The notes below the pieces were generated by a model. That model was not told where the DNA came from. It saw nothing but the letters and a program-made list of their open reading frames with translations, and searched no databases. Shown here in pieces: positions 10,299 through 20,900 of a stretch of DNA of 64,000 bases (position 1 is its first letter; each line of letters opens with the position of its first letter). The stretch covers positions 32,001 to 96,000 of IMG/VR virus record IMGVR_UViG_3300032268_001605; one strand, given 5' to 3'. The position numbers were made by a program, and so were the translations under genes. Origin of the DNA: a virus.

Positions 10299-11678
10299 AT
10301 GATTAAGAACATTCACGAAAAACTAATGGAATCTGTTCAACAAATGTTGATTGACACTAAGGTTTCACTACCTTACTACGGAAGCTTCAATCTGTTCGTC
10401 AATTTTGCTGAAAGAAAAGACATCGATACCTGTGCTGTAAATATGACTGCTAAAGGCATGAATTTCTATTTCAATTCAGAATTCCTCGATAGACTTACTC
10501 AAAAAGAAGTCAACTTCATTACACTTCACGAAGATTTTCACCTTCTTTGGAACCACCCTAAAAGAACAATTACCGGTCAATACGACCACCGACTTTCTAA
10601 CATTGCCCAAGATATGATTATCAACCATATCATTTGGGAAGATATACCTAACTCCTATGTCGAAATACCAAAAGATAAAGATGGTAAGAACATGGCTCTT
10701 TTTATTCCGAAAGAATACACAGGTAAACTAATCTTTGAAGAAGTTTATGAATGGCTAAGAGACGAAAAAGAAAAAAGAGATAAACAGAAACAGTCTCAAC
10801 AATCACAAGATGGTGATGAACAAGGTGATTCTAAAAGTAAAGGCAAAGGCAGTAAAAGTGATAAAAACGGCAATGGTGACCAGAGTAGTGGTGATGGAAA
10901 TGAGAAAGGTGATGATAAGTACGGTCCATATGGTAAGAATCCTAAGAACGAAAAAGAAACTATTGACACCTGGTCATTAGATCAGATTCTTGACAACTTA
11001 GATTCAAATGGAGGTCAATACTTAGATACTCACTTAGGTGATGAAATCCCAGAAGAAATGAGAGAATCTATGGTGAAAGATGCTATGGATAGACTACAAG
11101 CACGTGGACTTTCTGCAGGTAACATCGAGACTACCCTAAACAAACTGAGAAAACAAAGAAAAGATTACTTGAAAGAAATCAAGAGAACTGTTTCTAATTT
11201 GATTTTTGGTACAAAGAAAGAAAAGACTATTAAGAAACCAAATAGAAAAGGTATTCAAGGAGTAAAGGGCAATCGTAAAGTTAAGACTAAGATTAATGTG
11301 GGGCTTGACACCAGTGGCAGCATGGGTGGCCATGGAACGTTCGAAAGAGTTCTTTCTTATGTCTATCAAAACGATATCGAGATTAACTTTATGGAATCTG
11401 ACACACAAGTGAACTGGGTTGAAAAATTAAAGTCTAAAAAACAATTAGAGTCAATACCTATAAAAGGTTTGGGTGGAACTTGCTTGAGCCCGATGATAGA
11501 TTATATCGTTGAACATCACAATGACTGTTCAACAGTTTTACTAACGGACGGATACACTGATTCTTTAGATTTCTCTAAAGTAAAAGGAAATGTTTTGATA
11601 ATTTCTGTTGGTGTCCCTTGTCCAATTCTAAAATCTAATGGTAAGGTTAAACAGATTTGTATTGAAAACACTCATTAA
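10299..11678 (+). CDS. DUF2201-type metallopeptidase-like plus vWA domain protein
   Basis: HEDFH, NIAQDMIIN, MIDAS motif DTSGS, GGT and LTDG. Confidence 0.85.
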   Translation: MIKNIHEKLMESVQQMLIDTKVSLPYYGSFNLFVNFAERKDIDTCAVNMTAKGMNFYFNSEFLDRLTQKEVNFITLHEDFHLLWNHPKRTITGQYDHRLSNIAQDMIINHIIWEDIPNSYVEIPKDKDGKNMALFIPKEYTGKLIFEEVYEWLRDEKEKRDKQKQSQQSQDGDEQGDSKSKGKGSKSDKNGNGDQSSGDGNEKGDDKYGPYGKNPKNEKETIDTWSLDQILDNLDSNGGQYLDTHLGDEIPEEMRESMVKDAMDRLQARGLSAGNIETTLNKLRKQRKDYLKEIKRTVSNLIFGTKKEKTIKKPNRKGIQGVKGNRKVKTKINVGLDTSGSMGGHGTFERVLSYVYQNDIEINFMESDTQVNWVEKLKSKKQLESIPIKGLGGTCLSPMIDYIVEHHNDCSTVLLTDGYTDSLDFSKVKGNVLIISVGVPCPILKSNGKVKQICIENTH

Positions 11679-11708
11679 AAAAAGTCTCACTTAAGTGAGA
11701 CTTTTTTT
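11678..11708. terminator. Bidirectional terminator (perfect palindrome)
   Basis: aaaaaagtctcacttaagtgagactttttt. Confidence 0.85.
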
Positions 11709-13475
11709 AATTTCATATTTGATTTTCCCACAATCCCATACTTTATTTAGATCCAGTTTTGATTCAGACACACCAGTTATAGACTTCTTGAACCCAGACT
11801 TATGTTTTCTAACTCCGTTTAGTACATATTTGTAGTCTGGTTTTGTTTCATATAATTTTATGAATCCGATTTTTTCATATAAATTACCCTGACTCCAATC
11901 TTTATCTGCGTATGAAATTATTCTATTTGGATTATATTCTTTAATAAAATGATTCAATAATTTTGATGCACCACCAACTACATAATGATTTGATATATTG
12001 CAGAATCTAGATAAATTCCATTCATTATTAGCCATTTTTTTTCTACCTTCAAATTTATCGAAAGTCATTACCCCAACTAGTTCATCTTGATAATAGAGCC
12101 CGAAAGATTTATTTATATTTGGATAATCTCCTTGGATATGATTTATTTTAAGAAATTGCCTACAAATGTTATAATCAATTATTTCCTTCACATCACATTT
12201 TCTTGCATGTATTTTAGTAGATAATCCTAAAACGTTCATTATTTGAGATTCTATTATGGATCTTTTGAAATCCCAATCATCTTCCCAAATATTTATAATT
12301 CTAATACCCTTATCTCTAAAACGATTTAATTTATCAATATGGTAATCTTTGCTTCTAAATTTATCGGAATGAAAGTATAATCCATTAAATTCAAAACCAA
12401 TTTTCAAATTCGGAAGATAGATATCAATTTCTAAACCATCACGATACGATTGTATTATTTCACCTCTGAAATTATTTTTTATAAAATTATAAATATCCTT
12501 CTCCTTTATTGATTTATGTTCACCAATTGGATTGCATATTGTACAAATTGACACACCACTTTTTGTCCTTCTAAAAAAGTTATCAGTGTTTATTTCGAAA
12601 TTATTATTACATAAATCACATTTGAATAAACTTATAGAATTACCAACATAGTTTATATAATTTGGATGATTGGCGATATTGAAGTTGTTTCGTCTAAATT
12701 CTTCATTTTGAGATGAATTCTTCACACCGTATTTTAGAATATAATTAAACTCTCTTCTATTCTTTATTTCTTCAGACTGAATTGGATGATAGAATCCATA
12801 CCTTTCCAAATTTGTATTTTTAGTTTTTTCCCTCAATTCAATAGATTTCTGAGGATTAGTGACTCCCCATTTCACCAACAACGTATTGATTGACTTTGAA
12901 AACACATCATTATTTTGTAACGGTGACATATATCCATATCTTTCAAGGTTTGTGTTCTTAATTTTATTTTTAACCTCTTCAGATTTTGATGGTGATGTGA
13001 ATCCATATTTCTCTAAATTAGTTTTTTCTGATTTTTTTTGTTTATCTTCTGATTGTAAGTACCACTCAACACCATATTTTTCCAAATTAGTTTTCTTAAC
13101 CTTTTCTGTATATTCTTCTGATTTTGTATAAATTTCAAATCCATATCTCTCTAAACAAGTTTTTTTTCTTTTATCCACGGAATCTGTAGATGACATATAT
13201 GTCTCCGATCCGTATTTTTCCAAATTTGTTTTTTTTATTTTTTCTTTTACAATTGGAACTTGCGATATATTTGTCACACCATATTTTTCTGTTAGAATTT
13301 CTTTTGACCTTATTGCAGCACATTTTTTAGAGCAACAAAAATTTAAAGCAAAATCTTTAGTACTTCTAGTGTATTTTATCATTTGTACAGAGACAATTGA
13401 ATCACAATAGATACATTTGGCTTCTATCAATTTTCTCGATCCCCTCGAAATATTTGTAACATCACTGATTATCAT
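11691..13475 (-). CDS. Hef-like free-standing endonuclease (KTNLEKYG repeats, Vsr/DUF559-like nuclease, GNAT-like C-terminus)
   Basis: About eight KKTNLE(K/R)YG repeats; EIDIYLP..IGFEFNGLYFHS; IWEDDW; GGASKL..SYAD; DCG. Confidence 0.8.
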   Translation of the reverse strand: MIISDVTNISRGSRKLIEAKCIYCDSIVSVQMIKYTRSTKDFALNFCCSKKCAAIRSKEILTEKYGVTNISQVPIVKEKIKKTNLEKYGSETYMSSTDSVDKRKKTCLERYGFEIYTKSEEYTEKVKKTNLEKYGVEWYLQSEDKQKKSEKTNLEKYGFTSPSKSEEVKNKIKNTNLERYGYMSPLQNNDVFSKSINTLLVKWGVTNPQKSIELREKTKNTNLERYGFYHPIQSEEIKNRREFNYILKYGVKNSSQNEEFRRNNFNIANHPNYINYVGNSISLFKCDLCNNNFEINTDNFFRRTKSGVSICTICNPIGEHKSIKEKDIYNFIKNNFRGEIIQSYRDGLEIDIYLPNLKIGFEFNGLYFHSDKFRSKDYHIDKLNRFRDKGIRIINIWEDDWDFKRSIIESQIMNVLGLSTKIHARKCDVKEIIDYNICRQFLKINHIQGDYPNINKSFGLYYQDELVGVMTFDKFEGRKKMANNEWNLSRFCNISNHYVVGGASKLLNHFIKEYNPNRIISYADKDWSQGNLYEKIGFIKLYETKPDYKYVLNGVRKHKSGFKKSITGVSESKLDLNKVWDCGKIKYEIKKSLT

Positions 13476-13600
13476 CTTTCTTAATTTTATTTTTCGTTCT
13501 TTGTTTGTATTTTAGTTCGTTTCTTTTACATTGAACTTTACAAAATTTTTTATTGGGTCTTCCAGCTATTTCGTTCTTACAGTTTCTATATTGACATTTC
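13462..13600 (-). CDS. Small Cys4 zinc-finger protein overlapping the endonuclease start
   Basis: MKCQYRNC...KKFCKVQCKR. Confidence 0.6.
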
Positions 13601-13687
13601 ATATTATATATATTAAAAAACTTGTCCTTCCTTTTTATAAAACTAACCAAAAAAATTACCCAATCATATAATCACAAATAAAAAAAT

Positions 13688-14218
13688 ATGAATAATTATA
13701 AAAGTATTTTAAGAGATTTGAAATTAATAATTTTAGATGGAGAAGAGATTTTCAAAATTGATAAGAGGAGAATTCAAGAAAACAAGAAACAATTAAAATT
13801 TATTACAAAGTATTTAAAAGAAGATGATGTAATAAGCGGTTCCCTTTGTCTTAGTTTATATGGTTTAATAAATAGATCAGTTAAAGGTAGTGACATTGAC
13901 TTTTTAATAAAAGATAGTGATAGATATGATGATTACGAAAGTTTTCTTAATTACGGTGATAATGAACTTGAAAATAGATTAGGATTAAAAGAATTCAAAT
14001 ATAAAACTTTTTTTGGTTTGAAATCAACTAAAATTGAGGTAGATTTTTTTACCAACGAAGGTGCTTCCTACGAGGAAATAGAATTTAGAGGTAAAAAGAT
14101 AAAACTATAAAGTCCACTTGAAATAATTTCAAAAAAGATAGATATGTGGGTAAATATCAAACACTATTCTGATTTAGATAATATTTTTTCCAAATTAGAA
14201 CTTAATTCATTCTCTTAA
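13688..14218 (+). pseudogene. Nucleotidyltransferase-like gene with an internal TAA at 14108-14110
   Basis: Motif SGSLCL..YG...SDID. The frame continues past the stop as SPLEIISKK...KHYSDL. Confidence 0.6.
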
Positions 14219-15464
14219 AATCCTTAAACCTCATTAGACTTTCGAATTTACCTAATTTAAGTTTGTCTTGTTCGACACTTTGTTTGTCTGTTAAGCCGAT
14301 AAAATTATCTAAAACTTTATAACTATATTCAATGTCTTCCGGGTGAAAAAGTACACCATATCTTTTTAGTTTATCATTTGCAATACCAGCAATTTTCCCA
14401 TCAACTGTACATAGTACACTAAAACCATCTGGGCAGTTTTCTGGGTAGTCGTTAAATGAAAAACTAAAACTCTTTTCATCTTCGAACAAATCATTGAAAA
14501 GTGGATGTTCCCTTCTATCTATATTTTTGTTTTGGTGAGTGAAGTCTACCCTACCAATTTTCGAACCGTAATATTTAGCTAAACTTTGAAATCCAAAACA
14601 AATACCTAAATAAGGCACTTTAGTCCTATCTAAAACTCCGTAAGTCATCTTAGTAGCTCTATCATCACTTACCATATTTTCTGAACCAGTTGATATTACA
14701 CAAGAAAATTTATATTTAGAAAGTGCTTTTCCCAATTCATCAATATTTGATACTACTACATTATTAATACCTCTTAGTTGGAGATACTTCAAAAGATTAG
14801 CAAGGTATCTATGTTTGGGTGGCTTCGAGTTATTGATTACAAGAACTTTTTTTCCGTGAGAAAGAGCAGTTTCATCGGGTCTTTCGCTATTTGTTGGAAG
14901 TTCTAATTCACTATCTAACTTATTATAAGTCTTTTTAGTGTCAGGTACAAATTTCAAAGTTGTTGGATCGAAAGTATCTGGGTATTTATCTAAGAAGACT
15001 AAATCTTCCTTAGTAATATCATAATCTGTTGAGAAATTGTTGAACAATTTGACTAAATCTAAAATGGTTTCATCTTCGAATCCGAATTGAGTGTCACTAT
15101 CTAAAAGTGAATCAATGCCATTATAATGTGTGATTGTTATTTTATTTGAAGCTTCTATAGAAAATGCATACTTTGTTGAATCACCGTATGTTATATCTAC
15201 AATAGTTTTTAATCCGGATTCGTTATTCACAAAATAGAAATCGAAAATTAAAAAATCTGGTTCACCGTCTCTAAGGGGATTAGATTCTTTATATGTGTTG
15301 TGATAGTAGTCTGCCTTTATTACATTTCCTTCCCTTGTAAAATCAGCAAGAGTTAGGGTAAAATTACCGGTTGTGCTGTAAATCTTTACAAGTTTTGGGA
15401 AAATTTCTTTTATTGATTCATCCATGAATCTATGTGCATTTTCGAACTTTTTTAACCACTTCAT
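14202..15464 (-). CDS. Class I glutamine amidotransferase-domain protein with leader peptide
   Basis: LGICFGFQ and FHPE triad motifs; N-terminus MKWLKKFEN. Confidence 0.8.
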   Translation of the reverse strand: MKWLKKFENAHRFMDESIKEIFPKLVKIYSTTGNFTLTLADFTREGNVIKADYYHNTYKESNPLRDGEPDFLIFDFYFVNNESGLKTIVDITYGDSTKYAFSIEASNKITITHYNGIDSLLDSDTQFGFEDETILDLVKLFNNFSTDYDITKEDLVFLDKYPDTFDPTTLKFVPDTKKTYNKLDSELELPTNSERPDETALSHGKKVLVINNSKPPKHRYLANLLKYLQLRGINNVVVSNIDELGKALSKYKFSCVISTGSENMVSDDRATKMTYGVLDRTKVPYLGICFGFQSLAKYYGSKIGRVDFTHQNKNIDRREHPLFNDLFEDEKSFSFSFNDYPENCPDGFSVLCTVDGKIAGIANDKLKRYGVLFHPEDIEYSYKVLDNFIGLTDKQSVEQDKLKLGKFESLMRFKDFKRMN

Positions 15465-15467
15465 TAT

Positions 15468-15713
15468 TTAGTAAGTTATTTTTTTCACATTTTTTAAATC
15501 AACCTCATACAGACTACCATCTATTTCAACTGTGATTTCTCCATTATCATCAACACTAACTGGCCTAATCGGTGTATCTGGGTTATCTGGTAAATCTTTT
15601 ACTATATCTGTCTCTAAAAATCCATCACTATTGATGCATTTTATAATATCTTCAATAGTGATATTATTTTGTTTGAAGTCTTCGAAAATTTTTAGATACT
15701 TTAATTTAGGCAC
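15468..15713 (-). CDS. Small protein with KYLKIFEDF leader
   Basis: 81-aa ORF downstream of a TATATATA box. Confidence 0.65.
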   Translation of the reverse strand: MPKLKYLKIFEDFKQNNITIEDIIKCINSDGFLETDIVKDLPDNPDTPIRPVSVDDNGEITVEIDGSLYEVDLKNVKKITY

Positions 15714-15771
15714 AATTTTGTAATATTTTTTTATATATAGAATATATATAAAATTCTACAATACAATAATT

Positions 15772-16512
15772 ATGTCAACTTATATACAATATCTTAAAGA
15801 CACACTCGGTAGTAATTTTCTCGGTTTAAAAATATTTCAACATGGGGTAGAACCTTACTTAGAGAGATTGGAGAAAGTTTTAGGTGATAATTTTGAAACT
15901 TATATCAACAATCAAAAATTAAGAGATGTGGATGGATATCACCTTAGTGTCATAAACGTTTTAGAATATGATACATTATCCAGAGATTTGGGTATGGACA
16001 ATTTCATAAATTCTTTGGATGTAGTTTTCAAATATGAAATTGACGATTTGAAGATGTTAGGTTTAGGTAAGGCATCAGATGGTGTCAACACGGCTTATTT
16101 CATAGTTTGTGATTCGGATAAATTGAATCAAATTAGGGAGAAATATGATTTACCTAAAATAGATTTACATATAATTTTGGGTTTTAAGTGGAAAGATGTT
16201 TATGGTGTGAGAAAAAATCAAATTATTAAAGAAAAATCAGACTTTATTCAACTTTTGTCCGATAATTTTTATAATCATCACGAAACTTTTGAATTTTTAA
16301 AAAACATTTCTAATTTCAGTGCGGACTCCGAGTTAGAAATAGATCCGATAAAAATTGGAGAAACTTCGGCAACATTTAGAATCGGTAAAAATTTATACTT
16401 CACTGTTTCATTAGTCGAGAATGAATTCAGGATAGTTGCGGAATGGTTTGGTAAAGCAGATATACCGATTCTATCAAATACAATTGTAAAAAGAAAATTT
16501 AAAGAACTATAA
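15772..16512 (+). CDS. 2H phosphoesterase-like protein
   Basis: Two H-x-(S/T/I) motifs: YHLSV and LHIILGF. Confidence 0.65.
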   Translation: MSTYIQYLKDTLGSNFLGLKIFQHGVEPYLERLEKVLGDNFETYINNQKLRDVDGYHLSVINVLEYDTLSRDLGMDNFINSLDVVFKYEIDDLKMLGLGKASDGVNTAYFIVCDSDKLNQIREKYDLPKIDLHIILGFKWKDVYGVRKNQIIKEKSDFIQLLSDNFYNHHETFEFLKNISNFSADSELEIDPIKIGETSATFRIGKNLYFTVSLVENEFRIVAEWFGKADIPILSNTIVKRKFKEL

Positions 16513-16527
16513 AAAAAATTTTAAACT

Positions 16528-16806
16528 ATGTTAGCAAAATACTACAGCCTGGATGAATGTTTTGAACAAGACACAATTTATGACAAATTAGATGAACTTT
16601 CAGATAATTCTAAAATTGATTATGAAATAGTAGAAGATGATGTAATCAGAATTAAAGATTTATCTCTCACCGTCAAAGAAAAAAAGGAACTCGTGAAACT
16701 TTTTGAAGAAAATGATGTTATTGAATATAACGAATGGGAAGAAGAGGAAGAAGAAGAGGATGAAGATTTCGATGATGAGGATGAATATGAAGATGACGAT
16801 TTTTAA
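16528..16806 (+). CDS. Highly acidic small protein
   Basis: C-terminal E/D tract of about 24 residues. Confidence 0.7.
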   Translation: MLAKYYSLDECFEQDTIYDKLDELSDNSKIDYEIVEDDVIRIKDLSLTVKEKKELVKLFEENDVIEYNEWEEEEEEEDEDFDDEDEYEDDDF

Positions 16807-16850
16807 TTAAAAAAAAATCACAAAGTGTTCCATTTTTAAAAATTTGTCCT

Positions 16851-16953
16851 TATCTTTGTAACAGTGAAGAGGGAAAGAGAAAAAAAAGAAGAAAAAAAGT
16901 TTTAAAATAAACAGTCTAAAATTTGAAATTCTAAAATTCTCGCCTTATCTTTG
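16851..16953 (+). promoter_or_regulatory. Tandem Bacteroidota-type promoters
   Basis: TATCTTTG at 16851, and TTTG(16922)-N20-TATCTTTG(16946). Confidence 0.75.
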
Positions 16954-16993
16954 TAACATCAAATTAAATAACACACTTAAAAAATATAACACT

Positions 16994-17611
16994 ATGTCAC
17001 TTTTTAGTAAGGCAAAAGCAACTGCAAAAACAACTACTCCTAAAGCTAAAGATTCTAAAGCTTCTTGTATTGTCAACGACCCTGACTTTTTCAACAAAGT
17101 CAAAATGCTTGAAATTCTTCAAGAGAATATGAAGCGTGATAAGGCTAAAGCCGATATGTTAGCTGATGAAATCAAAGAAGTATCTAAAGATGAGTGGACA
17201 TCTCTATACACTAAAACTGGTGTAAATCCTGGTTCTATCTTGATTGAATCTGAAATGGGTGACGAGACTGCTTCTGTAATGTTTGTACCTTCTGACAAAT
17301 ACATCACAATCGGTGGTGACAGAGCAGAAGAATTGGTTGAAAAATATGGTGAAGGTATTGTTGAAGAAAAAACTACTTTCTCTTTCGACAACTTTATGAT
17401 TGAGAAATATGGTGATGTTCTTTCTCGCCTAATCGAAGAGTGTTCTGAAATCGATGTAAGAGACAAAGATAAAATCATCAAAGCCGCAACTACTTTCTCT
17501 GTAGCTAAAGGTACTATCGACAAAATGAGACAGTATGGAGATGTTAAAGAGGTTATGGAAGAAGTTAAACCAGTAGTAGCTCTTAAAAACGTTGAAATTA
17601 TCAAGGGTTAG
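16994..17611 (+). CDS. Hypothetical early protein
   Basis: 205 aa, high-expression-like codon bias, two host-type promoters upstream. Confidence 0.75.
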   Translation: MSLFSKAKATAKTTTPKAKDSKASCIVNDPDFFNKVKMLEILQENMKRDKAKADMLADEIKEVSKDEWTSLYTKTGVNPGSILIESEMGDETASVMFVPSDKYITIGGDRAEELVEKYGEGIVEEKTTFSFDNFMIEKYGDVLSRLIEECSEIDVRDKDKIIKAATTFSVAKGTIDKMRQYGDVKEVMEEVKPVVALKNVEIIKG

Positions 17612-17620
17612 TCACTAATT

Positions 17621-17878
17621 ATGGGAAGCAAAGGAAAAGTTTGAAAAATTCTCTCGAGAAAAAGTGAAAGATACAGATACCGAAAAACAAAAGATGGTGA
17701 AATAATTAAACAAGGTATGGGATTGGAAGGTGTGATAAAAGCGATAAAAAGACATAAATTTACCAAAGAACTGATTGCGGAATTTGATACAACTTCAACG
17801 TATTGCCACTGTGAATTGAAATGGATGACAATAGATGAAACATTAAAAGATGTGGTGATTCCGCTAAATGTTGCCTAA
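17621..17878 (+). pseudogene. Short gene with one internal TGA (17642)
   Basis: MGSKGKV*KILSRKSERYRY...VIPLNVA*; ends in GCCTAAC. Confidence 0.4.
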
Positions 17879-17983
17879 CTAATATATATATATATACGTA
17901 AGTCTTTCTAACTTCTTGGTTCTTAACAAGATTGAACACTCAACTTTAAATAATCGTAAATAAAAACTTAAAACTGAATCATA

Positions 17984-19534
17984 CTAACGATTCAGTTTTT
18001 TTATGTATTTTTTGCTAACACAATCATATATCCTTAAATATTCATCTAAATTTATATTATCCATTTTACCCTTTCTGAATGTAAATCTGTGTTGTTTTTT
18101 CAATTGTTTATCATAATACCAAAAATTCGGTTCTGTATTGTGAATAAATTCAAACCCATTTTTTTCATAAACATTATTATCTATACTCCAATCTCTATTT
18201 GCATAAGTCACGATTTCCTCGGGATTTATCTCTCTTTCAAAATGTTTCAGTATTTTTGAAAATGCACCAATAACATTGTATTCCAGTTTAGACGCAAATC
18301 TGTATAATTCATAAGTTCCTGACTTTGATTTGTTCCCGGTAGATATTCTAAGTTTACCAAATGTCATAACACTAACTAACTCATTCTCAAAATATAATCC
18401 ATATCTTATTGAAGAATTGATATTACCTTGTAAATGATTATTTTCCAAAAATTCAGAAGAATCTTTATGATTAATTTCCATTATTTGGCACTTTCTAGCC
18501 ATTATCTTAATTTTACCTAAACCTAATAAATTATATAATCTAGATAACACAATTTCCTTTTTGTATACCCAATCATCTTCCCAAATGTGTATAAGGTTAA
18601 CACCCTTATTTTCACAAGTTTCTTTTTTATTTATGTGATATCTTTTATCTTTGAATAAGTCAGAGTGCCAATATATACCATTAAATTCTATAGCTATTTT
18701 TTTCTCTGGGATAAATATATCTAATTCTTTACCACCAAGAATCTTACGATCTCCGAATTCAACACTAAAATATTTTGATAACTCATCAAATATATCTCTC
18801 TGGGTGGTAAATTTATATGAACTAATCGGATTGCAGTTAAGACAAGGTTCTACCTTATATCTGAAGTATCTTAATCTCAACAGAGAATTTCTGATTAAAT
18901 ATTCCCTACCACATTTAGTACATAGAATTTCTAACTCGCCCTCTTTTGGTATATTTTTAATATTTAAATCCTGATACAAAGAATAGATATTCTTTTTATA
19001 TAGATTAAATCTGGTTTGTAAACTTTTCTTCAATAATAAACAATTTTGTCCAGAATATTCAACATTATATTTATTTAACATTGTATTTATCTGTTTCTCC
19101 TTTACATCAGAATTGAGTGTAGGTGAAACAAATCCATACTTTTGTATATTTGTATTCTTTTGTTTTTCCTTTACTGACTCTAACTTTGACGTGTGCTCAA
19201 CTCCCCACTTTTCTAAAGTATTTGACTTTCTTTTTTCTAAAGCTTGAGGCAATGAATACTTAACAGCACAATTTTTCGAACAAAAGTCGTTATATCCTTC
19301 TTTAAATCCAATAAATCTTTTATCTTTGTCAAAACAGACACAACATTTCGGAGTTAATTCATGATTATTCAAATAGTTATAAATTACTTGAGAAAACTTT
19401 AAACCATTCTGATTATTTAAATTTTGAAAATTTTTTAAATCTAAATAAAAATTTTTTAAATTTTTTTGAACCCATTGCTCCCTTAATTTGTTTTTGTTTA
19501 AACAACCGTTGTCGAAGAAAATATTTGTATCCAT
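17984..19534 (-). CDS. Hef-like free-standing endonuclease with GNAT-like C-terminus
   Basis: Repeats NTLEKWG/TNIQKYG; ELDIFIP..IEFNGIYWHS; IWEDDW; same architecture as 11691-13475. Confidence 0.8.
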   Translation of the reverse strand: MDTNIFFDNGCLNKNKLREQWVQKNLKNFYLDLKNFQNLNNQNGLKFSQVIYNYLNNHELTPKCCVCFDKDKRFIGFKEGYNDFCSKNCAVKYSLPQALEKRKSNTLEKWGVEHTSKLESVKEKQKNTNIQKYGFVSPTLNSDVKEKQINTMLNKYNVEYSGQNCLLLKKSLQTRFNLYKKNIYSLYQDLNIKNIPKEGELEILCTKCGREYLIRNSLLRLRYFRYKVEPCLNCNPISSYKFTTQRDIFDELSKYFSVEFGDRKILGGKELDIFIPEKKIAIEFNGIYWHSDLFKDKRYHINKKETCENKGVNLIHIWEDDWVYKKEIVLSRLYNLLGLGKIKIMARKCQIMEINHKDSSEFLENNHLQGNINSSIRYGLYFENELVSVMTFGKLRISTGNKSKSGTYELYRFASKLEYNVIGAFSKILKHFEREINPEEIVTYANRDWSIDNNVYEKNGFEFIHNTEPNFWYYDKQLKKQHRFTFRKGKMDNINLDEYLRIYDCVSKKYIKKLNR

Positions 19535-19616
19535 AGTGCTTATATAGTATATATTCAACATAGGTTCTTTCCTCATCTAAAATCATATCAAAAAAATAAA
19601 AAAAAGATAAAAAAAA

Positions 19617-19647
19617 ATTGATATTTCAAATAAACTCCTTATCTTTA
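19617..19647 (+). promoter_or_regulatory. Bacteroidota-type promoter variant
   Basis: ATTG-N19-TATCTTTA. Confidence 0.6.
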
Positions 19648-19675
19648 CATTATCAAAAATACAAAATTAAAAATT

Positions 19676-20833
19676 ATGACGAATTTTCTCGATTTATCCA
19701 AAGTAACAGATTTTTCAACAATGCCACAAGAAATCCGCGAAAGAATGAATACCCTAACTCCCCGTGAGCGTAAGTATTTTATGACGATGTGGCCCAAATC
19801 TGGTGTACTTTACATCACTTCAAAACCCGGTGTCGCCAAATCTGCAATCGCACGTTCAATCGCAGATAAAATGGGTTTCAAATACCTTGATGTTCGACTT
19901 GCAATGTCCGACGAAACCGACTTCAAATTTCCCTTCTTGAAAGACGCCGAGTACAAAGGCAATATCTTCAAAGTATCTGGATATGCTGTACCTGAATGGG
20001 CATTTGAATCAAATAACCAACCAACAATCATTCACTTTGAAGAGTTGAACAGAGCACCACAGTTTGTTAGAAATGCCGCTCTTCAAATTCTACTTGAGAG
20101 ACAGATTGGTGAATTCAAATTCAATAACACTGTCTTAATGATGGCGAGTGGGAATCTTGGTGACGAAGATGGTACCGATGTTGAAGAATTCGATAACGCT
20201 CTTAACAACCGCCTAATTCACTTCTCACATACACTTGGTGCTGATGAATGGGTTGATAACTTTGGTAAAACAAACTGTCACCCTACAATAGTATCTTATA
20301 TCAGAGCGTATCCAGAGAAACTGTATCAGAATCCTACTGAGAACACAAAGGCTTACGCTACACCACGTTCTTGGTTATTCTTGAGTGACTTTATCACTAA
20401 AAACTTTGGTATGGAATGTTCTCCAAGAGAGTTTCTACCTTACCTACAAGAAGTAGCTCACGGTTACATTGGTAATGGTGCTCAAAGATTCTTACAATAC
20501 TGTCAAGAAATGGTGAATATCACAATCCAAGATATCATCGACAGATATGATAAAGTTGAGAAAGAACTTGATAAGTACAACCGTGATAAAAACTCCGAGT
20601 TGATTCAATCACTGAAAGAGTTCGACATCAAGAAGTTTACAGAGAAACAACTTGAAAATGTGACTAAGTTCTTGAAGAGAGTTAGTGACGATGAGTTGAC
20701 AGCATATCTTCTTCACATTTTGGACAATGTTGCTGATGTAGCAGATCCGAAGATTAAGAAATTCATGCAGAACTTCAGAGACGTTCTGGTTAATATCAAA
20801 CGAATCAACAAGCCTACGAAGGATTCTAAATAG
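19676..20833 (+). CDS. MoxR-like AAA+ ATPase
   Basis: Variant Walker A SKPGVAKS, Walker B FEELNRA, ASGN, ALNNR and TPRSW. Confidence 0.85.
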   Translation: MTNFLDLSKVTDFSTMPQEIRERMNTLTPRERKYFMTMWPKSGVLYITSKPGVAKSAIARSIADKMGFKYLDVRLAMSDETDFKFPFLKDAEYKGNIFKVSGYAVPEWAFESNNQPTIIHFEELNRAPQFVRNAALQILLERQIGEFKFNNTVLMMASGNLGDEDGTDVEEFDNALNNRLIHFSHTLGADEWVDNFGKTNCHPTIVSYIRAYPEKLYQNPTENTKAYATPRSWLFLSDFITKNFGMECSPREFLPYLQEVAHGYIGNGAQRFLQYCQEMVNITIQDIIDRYDKVEKELDKYNRDKNSELIQSLKEFDIKKFTEKQLENVTKFLKRVSDDELTAYLLHILDNVADVADPKIKKFMQNFRDVLVNIKRINKPTKDSK

Positions 20834-20842
20834 TTTTAAGTT

Positions 20843-20879
20843 ACTCTCTCTGAAATTGAAACAGAGAGAGTTTTTTTTT
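20843..20879 (+). terminator. Intrinsic terminator
   Basis: actctctctg...cagagagagt followed by a T-run. Confidence 0.8.
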
Positions 20880-20900
20880 GTATAAACAAAAATGTAAAAA

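Noticed and set aside
12700-13300. CRISPR array or tandem DNA repeat
   Set aside because: The periodicity is a degenerate protein repeat (KTNLEKYG) inside an ORF.
17119-17604. Long antisense ORFs (also 41484, 48062, 51593, 63113, 63671)
   Set aside because: These are shadow frames of well-supported genes on the opposite strand.
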